A stretch of 64,000 nt of DNA from positions 3,249,478 to 3,313,477 of the forward strand of contig MU008158.1 of NCBI GenBank assembly GCA_010909165.1, written 5' to 3'. Positions 11,771 to 21,975 of the stretch are shown piece after piece. This stretch comes from Anthoceros angustus. Lineage: Eukaryota; Plantae; Anthocerotophyta. How positions within the stretch are numbered: the first letter of the stretch is position 1; each line of letters opens with the position of its first letter. The notes below the pieces were generated by a model. That model did not search any database and was not told where the DNA came from. It worked only from the letters and a program-made list of their open reading frames with translations. The position numbers were made by a program, and so were the translations under genes.

Positions 11771-12532
11771 TTTTAAGCTCTAAAACAACGAAGAGGACGA
11801 ATGTGCAGGCCACCACACTTCGTGATTCTGCCCTTTATGAAGGGAAGAATCACGAAAGCTCACGATCTCCAGATGACTACTGCAGCAAAGGTTCATGCAC
11901 ATGAACTTATAAATTGGTGTATTATTGATTACATTACAGCTGAAGTTAATTGACATACGATTGTTATGCGAAAACGAAAACAGTTCTGCATCGTGTGGTG
12001 TTAACAATAGGACAAAATAACGCTACGAAAAGTTGTGGCTCATATAGAGAAACATGTCTCGTTAATAGATGTTCCCAAGCGCAAATACTTATGGGTCAAG
12101 AAATTGTGTCATGCTAACACGTTCCCAAGCAACGTTTCACTGAAGCTGAATGCAGAGTAGGGGTATGAGTTGCAGGTCCTCTAAATCACCAACGAGGAGA
12201 AGGATGTAGACCACTACACCACATACTTGGTGAAGCCACATCCCCTGGGAGCCACATACCTTGGAAGCCACATACCTGGTACGTACCATGGTATTTGTCA
12301 CATGTACAAGGCCAGAATCAGGAAGCTCATGATATCGCAAATGTCTGGTGGAGCAATGCTTCCAACCTTTTGCATTATTGCGTTACACATGAAGTTATTT
12401 GACATATGACTAACATGCGGAAACGTCAACAGTTCTAGTTCTAGATCATGCGAGTTACAAGATAATATTTGTGGCTCACGAAAATATTTCCTCAGCCATG
12501 CCTGTGCCTACTTCGCGATATAGCAACTTAAT

Positions 12533-14161
12533 CTAGCCTGCAACTTCATAGTTATCAGTGAATGCTTCGTTCTCTACATCTGCACTCACGAACTCGCTGA
12601 TAAGAGAAAAATGAACAGCTTCTTCTTCGTCTTCGAGATAGGAATCATCATCTTCTTCTTCATTGGGTTGATCTTCTTCCTCATTGGGTTGATCTTCTTC
12701 TTCATTGGGCTCTTCGTCTTCGGCATTGGGTTGATCTTCTTCTTCATTGGGTTGATCTTCTGTTTCATTGGGTTGATCTTCTTCATTGGGTTGATCTTCT
12801 CCCTTATTGGGTTTATCTTCCTCATTGGGTTGATCTTCTTCTTCATTGGGTTGATCTTCTTCTTCATTGGGTTGATCTTCTTCATTGGGTTCCTCTTCTT
12901 CTTTAGGTTGTTGATCTTCTTCTTCGTTAGGTTCCTCTTCTTCTTCATTGGGTTCCTCTTCTTCTTCATTGGGTTCCTCTTCTGCTTCATTGGGTTGATC
13001 TTCTACTTCATTGGGTTCTTCTTCTGCTTCATTGGGTTCTTCTTCGGCTTCGTTGTGTTCTTCTTCTGCTTCACTGGGTTCTTCTTCTGCTTCATTGGGT
13101 TCTTCTTCTGCTTCATTGGGTTCTTCTTCTGCTTCATTGGGTTGATCTTCTGCTTCATTGGGTTGATCTTCTGCTGCTTCATCGGGTTGATCTTCTGCTG
13201 CTTCATCGGGTTGATCTTCTGCTGCTTCATCGGGTTGATCTTCTGCTGCTTCATCGGGTTGATCTTCTGCTGCATCGGGTTGATCTTCTGCTGCATTCGG
13301 TTGATCTTCTGCTTCATGAGCTATCGATTCCAATGGTGTAAGATCAACCATGTCAAGCCTAGGATCCCTAGGCAACCGCCTCTTGAAACACCCTGGCGGG
13401 CAGACGCAACGGAAAATAGTTTTGGCGAGATGAGCTGGCACTGCCTCGCAAATATGGTTGCAGCTCCAAATCCTGGGATCAACCACTGGAAGTTCGCAGG
13501 TTATCGGTCCCACTGGTGGAAGATCAACCACGTCAGCTGGAATAGGCAACGGCGAGTTGGCATATCTTGGACCCGGTGCAGACGCTATGGAAGAGACTGG
13601 CGGTACCGGTGGCGATGGCGACGGAGACTGTGAAAGGACCTCAGGTGATTGTGATGGCGGATGGACCGCAGTCGCTGGCGCTGGCCGTGGAGACTCTTTC
13701 GTGGGAATCTCCAATGCCGGATCTTGGTCAACTTTAAGCATCCGTGTCCCTAGCGCATGATGAAGCTTCAAACAAACCCCGATCAACACCGATTGCACGT
13801 CACCAGACTGCTGAGAACTCTGCCACTCCGAAGTGGGTGCAGCAATCGATGTAGTCAAGTTCCTCTCCTTCACGTTGTCCAGATCCACGTCCATGGAATC
13901 CGTTGCATGGAATCGACCATTCGAAATAACACGGCTGCTGCCGCTGCTGGTGCTCGTTGCTTGACTGATCTCTTGGTGTGCAGACCCCCTGGCTTCCGCA
14001 GTGCTTGGAGCAGGAAAATGTGCGTTACCTCCGAACCGCATCTTGACACTCACGGACCGGCGGCAATCTCCTGCGCAAGCCGCCATTCCTGCACACAAGA
14101 GGAGACTTCTCGAGCACCATAGCAGCGTCAGGAAGACGCAAAGAAAGCGTACGCGCAGCAT
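12533..14161 (-). CDS. Predicted secreted Ser/Pro-rich protein with Cys-rich segment and long acidic (E/D-Q-P-N) repeat tail; paralog of 29583-30380
   Basis: Uninterrupted ORF. ATG 14161 gives MLRVRFLCVFLTLLWCSRSLLLCAG (signal-peptide-like), an SP/PP-rich middle, CNHIC..CVCPPGC, then ~220 aa of EEDQPNE-type repeats. Single-exon model; expression unverified. Confidence 0.55.
   Translation of the reverse strand: MLRVRFLCVFLTLLWCSRSLLLCAGMAACAGDCRRSVSVKMRFGGNAHFPAPSTAEARGSAHQEISQATSTSSGSSRVISNGRFHATDSMDVDLDNVKERNLTTSIAAPTSEWQSSQQSGDVQSVLIGVCLKLHHALGTRMLKVDQDPALEIPTKESPRPAPATAVHPPSQSPEVLSQSPSPSPPVPPVSSIASAPGPRYANSPLPIPADVVDLPPVGPITCELPVVDPRIWSCNHICEAVPAHLAKTIFRCVCPPGCFKRRLPRDPRLDMVDLTPLESIAHEAEDQPNAAEDQPDAAEDQPDEAAEDQPDEAAEDQPDEAAEDQPDEAAEDQPNEAEDQPNEAEEEPNEAEEEPNEAEEEPSEAEEEHNEAEEEPNEAEEEPNEVEDQPNEAEEEPNEEEEEPNEEEEEPNEEEDQQPKEEEEPNEEDQPNEEEDQPNEEEDQPNEEDKPNKGEDQPNEEDQPNETEDQPNEEEDQPNAEDEEPNEEEDQPNEEEDQPNEEEDDDSYLEDEEEAVHFSLISEFVSADVENEAFTDNYEVAG
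12650..13320 (-). repeat. Coding minisatellite, 18/21/24-bp units (consensus gaagaagatcaacccaatgaa on minus strand), ~30 copies
   Basis: Plus strand shows repeated cattgggttgatcttcttctt, cattgggttcttcttctgctt and catcgggttgatcttctgctgctt; unit lengths are multiples of 3 and the frame stays open. Confidence 0.95.
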
Positions 14162-14611
14162 CTCTGCTCCCAATTCTCTCGGCTGATAGGACCACATGGG
14201 CAGAAGACGCTGAAACTCTCGCGGAGTCGGAGGAGGCAAGATGAGCGTGCCCCGCGGCGTGCAGTGACAAATGAGCATGGCGACGCCATACAACGACACA
14301 TGATTTCAAGCAAGACGTTCGGATCCATCGTTTCGCCGAGCAGGGCCGTTGAGGCACAGTCGTCTCGCCGAACGCGAGAGTTCTGGAGTGTTCTTTTTTC
14401 TGGTAGTGTCGCACGTTTTCAATGCGTCTCACAGTTTGAACTTGCTTGACAAGGAAATGTCCTTACTGGTAAGCAAAAACGAACTTCAAAATTTTGGATG
14501 ACATTCGTATGCCGTGATAAAACAAATTGTAATAAGCAGAGGGTGTAATGTACAACACAGACCCAAAGCTGCCGCGCGAGCTTTGGGAAGACTCCCGAGA
14601 AATACACCGAC

Positions 14612-15791
14612 TCAATCCACTTGTTGGGCAGCCACTGCCGCGCCCACCGGGCGCCATGCAGCCGAGGGCCTTCCAACCACGATTTCTTCCTCAGGGAATA
14701 GGGCCTTCATAATTCCGGGAGTCCTCACGATTCTGCGCCCAGTCATCAGGGGGTACACAACCTCCAGAAAGTAATATGTGTGTCCAGCAACCATGCCCTG
14801 CAAAATCCCCTTACGAAACTGCTTTTAGTGGTGAGACCGAAGAGGTGCAAGTTTGCATGCCACCTCGTAGAGAAAGAAGAAACACTGGCTCACCAGGAGA
14901 TCAACCCATGGTTTGCTGCCAACCATGATCGAGAAGCCCAAGAGAACCTCACAATGAGTCACGACAATGAGGCTGCAGCCAACACTGGGCTCATTGAACA
15001 TAGAATGCTGCTGATAGACTTAAGTCCTGACGGAACAGCATTGTGAAAGAAGGCACACTAACCCATGGAAGGTAAGGTGCTGTGAAACTGAAGAGACCAA
15101 GGAAACTCATTTGCACATGAGGATTGCACTTGTTCCATACGTACACCTGTCGAAGAAGGAACCAAAGCTTCAGACTCACTCGCATTTTCAGCAAGTATAC
15201 TGTAAACAAGCCAGGACCAAGACCTCAACTGCTGAAGAGCGACCACGTACCATCATAAATGTGAGGGAGTTGCTCGAGGACATAATTCTGGCAAAATGAG
15301 AAAACCATGGAAGTGCACATCCCCCGACCACCATGAAAGTCAACAAGGTGGCTCCGAAAAGAAGCATGAAGAAAAAGTCTGCTGTTCGCCCTCAAAAAGA
15401 GGTTTCCTCAAGAAGCTTGCAATATCGTGCAAGGAAGATCATGGGAAAAAGGTAGATCTGTTGCACAAGCGGACTACAATGAGGAGCTATGGGGAGAACA
15501 GCACAGCATCAGGTGACCTACTCCAGAAGTCTGGATCTCTGAGCAAACCACTTGGTATACAGGTCTATGCGAAAGAAAAACTAGGTGTAGAGGAGACAAA
15601 CAGACCAACGAACGTGACTGGTTACTTGAGATTCTGACAAGACTGCAATGCCCCAGGCCTTCCAAAATAGCGTGTCACACCAATACTTACCAAGCCCTCC
15701 AAAGTAGAAAACGTTTGTCACAAGTCTCCAAACTTCATATTGCTGCACAACAAGCGAGGGATTCAAGTATCATTGAAGAAAGGATATGACC
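14612..15791 (-). pseudogene. Derlin-2 pseudogene copy 1 (exons 2-6, no exon 1)
   Basis: Homologous to 30851-32051. In-frame TGA at 15770-15772, deletion at the start of exon 3 (~15445-15458), fused to WD40 sequence at 15788-15791. Confidence 0.88.
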
Positions 15792-17426
15792 CATGATCTG
15801 CCAACATGCATTCAAAAATCATAAAGCTGAAAATGGCGACTGATGTGATGCCATGGTACCCAACATCCATAGTGGTTGTTTTCATGATGAACAAATGCTT
15901 ACCTTATACTTCAAGCAGTTTGTCCACTGCGCTGATGCACTCCACCTACCATTTAGTGCTAGAAGGTTAGCCAACAGCTTCCTGGGGTTTCCAGCCTACA
16001 ACATATGGCACGTGGGGTTGCTTTAAAGGACACAAACCATGACCATCCGCACCTTTGGGATCAATCACTGCTGCAGTGCGACATGCACCTCCAGCAGCCA
16101 ACAGTCCATTGCAGGAGCTACTGAGAGCATAGAGGGGGTGACCACTGTAAGCACCAAAAACGGTTTGCACCAATCCTGCCCGTTCACTTACTCTTAAATC
16201 CCAAACAGTCAACTGCAAAAGTGAAAGGAAGAACGAAGGATATCGAACGACGTCAACAACTATGGAAGCACCAGCATTAATGTTGCAATGTGCATTCCAC
16301 TTTGGTGGCGGACAAACAAAGAAAACAAGATTCATGCGTACTGTATATACGACAGTGACGATCGCACCTGAGGACCCTCTGCCACACCCAACGTGGAGGA
16401 AAAGCCCGAGCCTAAAAGGCCACCCCGAAGAAACGTGAGTGCTGCTGGTTGCTGGAGGCTGATAACCAACAAGCAGATAGAAACTGATATCAGTTTGGAG
16501 GGCAAATGCAGAAGTAGCAAACTCGTACATTTTAACACCAGAAGCAGTAAGGTCACAGCTTACCAACTTATGTGCGCAGAGGGTGAACATGGATATCCTT
16601 GCCATAAACATCGATAGTCTTGTAGAAGCCCGTGCAGCAACAGCCTGAATTGAGGGCACAAAGTCAGCGCATAAAGCCTAATGCCTCAGAAACAAGAAGT
16701 GCACATGTGGACAAAGGCCTTACCAGCGTGGATTGGCCCTCAGCAAAGGCTAGGCCAGCCCAGCTGCCTTCTCCCACTCCAGCATCCTAAGGTACGACAG
16801 TGTAACCTGGAGCAAATGGAATTCGCAAATATCTGTTTGAGAAGGTGCAAAAGCTAGAAAACAAAAAGAACTTGTCCACCAGCAGAAGCAACCTTGAGTA
16901 GGGACATCGAGATGATAAACCATGAGGCACCCATAAGAGTCCACAGAGCCGAGCATAAGCCCTCCATCATCTGTGTCAGGACAAACAGTGAACATGGCGA
17001 TTAAAATCTTTGCAGGCAGGGCAGACCCAAGGGAACACAGCAAAAGAAGCAAAGCTTACAGGAACATCCCGTGAGTGCCACACTCTGTATTTCAGCACGG
17101 TGAGAATACTGATCAAGAGCCCACGCCTCCAGATTCTGTGACCAACATCAATTGGAACACATTAACCCAAACAAGAAAACCAACCGGGAAAGAGCATCCA
17201 TATATAGACTCTTTCGTGTCACACAGACGAGCACGCGCATAGCATACAAGAATCAGACATTTGAGGGACCAAGGAAACCTGTCACTGCAGCTGCCAGCAA
17301 GTCCTCCTTCCCTTCTGAACAGCAGCACTGGATAGAGGTGCCTGCAAAACTGGAAGTGTCCTGTCAGCAGTCCCATCAACTGCCCTGTAGAGAAGAGAAG
17401 GGAGAAGAGTCCTACCTTGAAGCCAT
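15788..17426 (-). pseudogene. Conserved plant WD40-like protein pseudogene fragment W1 (internal exons)
   Basis: Exons encode GGLMLGSVDSYGCLMVYHLD, YTVVP*DAGVGEGSWAGL, QLTVWDLR, GGACRTAAVIDP. Premature TAG at 16787-16789 and a 1-nt deletion in the GKEDLL exon (~17303-17313). Confidence 0.8.
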
Positions 17427-17904
17427 GAGCATCGACGGAGAGGAGGATGGGCAACAACGTTCACACCTTCGGTACCCGCCATGGCGCTGACGGCGGCTGC
17501 ACGCTTGCAAGATGGAGACCAGCTACTCGTAGCGCGATCCTCAGCACTGCGTTGCGGTGCCACCGCTTGAAAGCCTCGTCTGACCTGGGACTCTCAGGGT
17601 TCGTATCGGCTTTTAGGAAGGAAAGAGTTGCAGATTAGACGGCGTCTGATTTTGATTGCCCGGAGAGGAATGGGGATTGGACATGAGCTCTCGGCAGCTG
17701 CCACGTCTGATATAGGCATTATCATCTTCACCATTTGGGGACATAAATTCGGAAAAGGCTTGCAAAGACCTAGTGGAACCGTGAGACGGACAGTGTCAGA
17801 TTTTCCGGCTGCCACACGGAAAGAAATATCAAATGCCGCCACAGCGACAGCTGTACACGTGAGTGTGTTTTATATGCTCGTGAGGTGAGGAGCCAATTGG
17901 TGCT

Positions 17905-19014
17905 CTAGGAAGCATATCCTTGGCATCCTCCGGCAGGATGCTGAACACTTTCACCCACGAAGACGCTTCCAGACTCGCACCACCTGACAAGGACGTCCGA
18001 TTTTGCGTTCTGCCAACGGACAATGGAAGGAAGGCGTCAGGCATGAGCCATAAGCCATGCCAGTGTTTCAATCTCACCATGCCACCTTGAATCCTGGGTT
18101 CAGGAAGCTTACAGCGCAAGTTGTCGTCTCCAAGCTGAGCCACCGTGAGTCACCCGAAAACCAAACAACTGGCCCATTTTGCCTCCTACTGGATTCCATC
18201 GCCCACAAACCGTCTGCAAGTAAGTCACCGGGGCATCAGTGCATCTGATCTCTTCTGTCGGCTGACATGCAGAAAATTGAGGCTGAGGATCAATTACCTC
18301 GTAGTCAAGACCGTGAACATAGAGATAATTAGGATCAACTCCTGAGAACGAAAGACCCATAATCTGCCAACACGCATTCAACAATCATCGAGCTGAAAAT
18401 GGCGACTGATGTGATGCCATGGTACCAACATCCATAGTGGTTGTTTTCATCATGAACACAAGGTTACCTCATACTTCAAGCAGTTTGTCCACCGCGCTGA
18501 TGCACTCCACCTACCATATAGTGCTAGAAGGTTAGCCACCAGCTTCGTGGGGTTTCCAGCCAACAACGTATGGCACGTGGGGTTTGCTGTAAAGGACACA
18601 AACCATGACCATCCGCACCTTCGGGGATCAATCACTGCTGCAGTGCGACATGCACCTCCAGCAGCCAACAGTCCATTGCAGGAGCTACTGAGGGCATAGA
18701 GGGGTGTCCACTGTAAGCACCGACAACGGTTTGCACTAATCCTCCCTTTCCCTTGCTCTTAAGTCCCAAACAGTCAACTGCACAAGTGAAAGGAAGAACG
18801 AAGGATATCGAACGACGTCAACAACTATGGATGCACCAGCATTAATGTTGCAATGTGCATTCCACTTTGGTGGCGGACAAACAAAAGAACACAAGATTTA
18901 TGCATGCTGTATCTACGACAGTGATGATCGCACCTGAGGACCCTCTGCAACAGCCAATGTGGAAGAAAAGCCCGAGCCTAAAAGGCCACCCGAAGAAACG
19001 TGAGCGCTGCTGGT
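17905..19014 (-). pseudogene. WD40-like paralog W2, 3' exons only (about 90% identical to W1/W3)
   Basis: QLTVWDL, GGACRTAAVIDPRRWSASARWTNCLKYEVT, IMGLSFSGVDPNYLYVHGLDYE, QLFGFR(G)DSRWLSL (1-nt frameshift), NAKSDVLVRWCESGSVFVG...AS* with stop at 17905-17907. Broken at 19005-19014. Confidence 0.8.
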
Positions 19015-19680
19015 GCTCGTTGCTTGACAAGGAAATGTCCTTACTGGTAAGCAAAAACGAACTTCAAAATTTTGGATGACATTCGTATGCCGTGATAAAA
19101 CAAATTGTAATAAGCAGAGGGTGTAATGTACAACACAGACCCAAAGCTGCCGCGCGAGCTTTGGGAAGACTCCAGAAGTCTGGATCTCTGAGCAAACCAC
19201 TTGGTATACAGGTCTGTGAAAGAAGGCACACTAACCCATGGAAGTGCATCCCCGACCACCATGAAAGTCAACAAGGTGGCTCCGAAAAGAAGCATGAAGA
19301 AAAAGTCTGCTGTTAAGCCCTCAAAAGAGGTTTCCTCAAGAAGTGCACATGTGGACAAAGGCCTTACCAGCGTGGGGTTGGCCGTCAGCAAAGGCTAGGC
19401 CAGCCCAGCTGCCTTCTCCCACTCCAGCATCCTGGGGTTACGACAGTGTAACCTGGAGCAAATGGAATTCACAAATATCTGTTTGAGAAGGTGCGAAAGC
19501 TAGAAAACAAAAGGAACTTGTCCACCAGCAGAAGCAACCTTGAGTAGGGACATCGAGATGATTAACCATGAGGCACCCATAAGAGTCCACAGAGCCGAGC
19601 ATAAGCCCTCCATCATCTGTACCAGGACAAACAGTGAACATGGCGATTAAAATCTTTGCAGGCAGGGCAGACCCAAAGCT
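19005..19680 (-). other. Micro-mosaic of short segments copied from the secreted-protein gene, the Derlin pseudogene and a WD40 paralog
   Basis: Segments match 13943-13965, 14442-~14596, 15520-~15575, 15042-15071, 15305-15415, 16693-17030 and then 14558 onward, each joined through a 7-10 nt shared word. Confidence 0.9.
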
Positions 19681-19717
19681 GCCGCGCGAGCTTTGGGAAG
19701 ACTCCAGAAATACCGAC

Positions 19718-20883
19718 TCAATCCACTTGTTGGGCAGCCACTGCCGCGCCCACCGGGCGCCATGCAGCCGAGGGCCTTCCAACCACGATTTCTTCCTCAG
19801 GGAATAGGGCCTTCATAATTCCGGGAGTCCTCACGATTCTGCGCCCAGTCATCAGGGGTACACAACCTCCAGAAAGTAATATGTGTCCAGCAACCATGCC
19901 TGCAAAATCCCTTACGAAACTGCTTTTAGTGGTGAGACCGAAGAGGTGCAAGTTTGCATGCCACCTCGTAGAGAAAGAAGAAACACTGGCTCACCAGGAG
20001 ATCAACCCATGGTTTGCTGCCAACCATGATCGAGAAGCCCAAGAGAACCTCACAATGAGTCACGACAATGAGGCTGCAGCCAACACTGGCTCATTGAACA
20101 TAGAATGCTGCTGATAGACTTAAGTCCTGACGGAACAGCATTGTGAAAGAAGGCACACTAACCCATGGAAGGTAAGGTGCTGTGAAACTGAAGAGACCAA
20201 GGAAACTCATTTGCACATGAGGATTGCACTTGTTCCATACGTACACCTGTCGAAGAAGGAACCAAAGCTTCAGACTCACTCGCATTTTCAGCAAGTATAC
20301 TGTAAACAAGCCAGGACCAAGACCTCAACTGCTGAAGAGCGACCACGTACCATCATAAATGTGAGGGAGTTGCTCGAGGACATAATTCTGGCAAAATGAG
20401 AAAACCATGGAAGTGCATCCCCGACCACCATGAAAGTCAACAAGGTGGCTCCGAAAAGAAGCATGAAGAAAAAGTCTGCTGTTAAGCCCTCAAAAGAGGT
20501 TTCCTCAAGAAGCTTGCAATATCGTGCAAGGAAGATCATGGGAAAAGGTAGATCTGTTGCACAAGCGGACTACAATGAGGAGCTATGGGGAGAACAGCAC
20601 AGCATCAGGTGACCTACTCCAGAAGTCTGGATCTCTGAGCAAACCACTTGGTATACAGGTCTGTGAAAGAAAACTAGGTGTAGAGGAGACAAACAGACCA
20701 ACGAACGTGACTGGTTACTTGAGATTCTGACAAGACTGCAATGCCCCAGGCCTTCCAAAATAGCGTGTCACACCAATACTTACCAAGCCCTCCAAAGTAG
20801 AAAACGTTTGTCACAAGTCTCCAAACTTCATATTGCTGCACAACAAGCGAGGATTCAAGTATCATTGAAGAAAGGATATGACC
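19718..20883 (-). pseudogene. Derlin-2 pseudogene copy 2
   Basis: Near-identical to 14612-15791, with the same exon-3 deletion and the same WD40 fusion junction (gacc 20880-20883); differs mainly by 1-2 nt indels. Confidence 0.88.
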
Positions 20884-21115
20884 CATGATCTGCCAACATG
20901 CATTCAAAAATCATAAAGCTGAAAATGGCGACTGATGTGATGCCATGGTACCCAACATCCATAGTGGTTGTTTTCATGATGAACAAATGCTTACCTTATA
21001 CTTCAAGCAGTTTGTCCACCGCGCTGATGCACTCCACCTACCATTTAGTGCTAGAAGGTTAGCCAACAGCTTCCTGGGGTTTCCAGCCTACAACATATGG
21101 CACGTGGGGTTTTGC
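20880..21115 (-). pseudogene. Short WD40 W1-type fragment
   Basis: Matches 15788-~16020, then jumps to Derlin 14910 at ggtttgct (~21108-21115). Confidence 0.8.
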
Positions 21116-21975
21116 TGCCAACCATGATCGAGAAGCCCAAGAGAACCTCACAATGAGTCACGACAATGAGGCTGCAGCCAACACTGGGCTCATTGAACAT
21201 AGAATGCTGCTGATAGACTTAAGTCCTGACGGAACAGCATTGTGAAAGAAGGCACACTAACCCATGGAAGGTAAGGTGCTGTGAAACTGAAGAGACCAAG
21301 GAAACTCATTTGCACATGAGGATTGCACTTGTTCCATACGTACACCTGTCGAAGAAGGAACCAAAGCTTCAGACTCACTCGCATTTTCAGCAAGTATACT
21401 GTAAACAAGCCAGGACCAAGACCTCAACTGCTGAAGAGCGACCACGTACCATCATAAATGTGAGGAGTTGCTCGAGGACATAATTCTGGCAAAATGAGAA
21501 AACCATGGAAGTGCATCCCCGACCACCATGAAAGTCAACAAGGTGGCTCCGAAAAGAAGCATGAAGAAAAAGTCTGCTGTTCGCCTCAAAAGAGGTTTCC
21601 TCAAGAAGCTTGCAATATCGTGCAAGGAAGATCATGGGAAAAGGTAGATCTGTTGCACAAGCGGACTACAATGAGGAGCTATGGGGAGAACAGCACAGCA
21701 TCAGGTGACCTACTCCAGAAGTCTGGATCTCTGAGCAAACCACTTGGTATACAGGTCTGTCGAAAGAAAACTAGGTGTAGAGGAGACAAACAGACCAACG
21801 AACGTGACTGGTTACTTGAGATTCTGACAAGACTGCAATGCCCCAGGCCTTCCAAAATAGCGTGTCACACCAATACTTACCAAGCCCTCCAAAGTAGAAA
21901 ACGTTTGTCACAAGTCTCCAAACTTGCTGCACAACAAGCGAGGGATTCAAGTATCATTGAAGAAAGGATATGACC
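21110..21975 (-). pseudogene. Derlin-2 pseudogene copy 3 (exons 2-5)
   Basis: Near-identical to 14910-15791; same fusion junction gacc at 21972-21975. Confidence 0.88.

Larger units (their letters stand above)
11774..15791. repeat. Segmental duplicate (copy A) of 28820-32054 (copy B)
   Basis: Colinear similarity from taagctctaaaac (11774 vs 28820) through the secreted-protein gene to Derlin exon 2. Roughly 85-90% identity by eye, with indels. Confidence 0.9.

Noticed and set aside
12586-13317. KKKINPM-repeat ORFs on the minus strand
   Set aside because: Alternative frames of the same minisatellite.
12650-13320. Possible CRISPR-like array
   Set aside because: Units are contiguous with no unique spacers, lie in a eukaryotic ORF, and no cas genes are present. 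The same applies to the 52-bp repeat at 53020.
12611-13633. 340-aa hydrophobic FFIGLIF-repeat ORF on the plus strand
   Set aside because: Antisense shadow of the E/D/Q/P/N codon array, which lacks stops on the opposite strand; the minus-strand frame has the signal peptide and paralog support.
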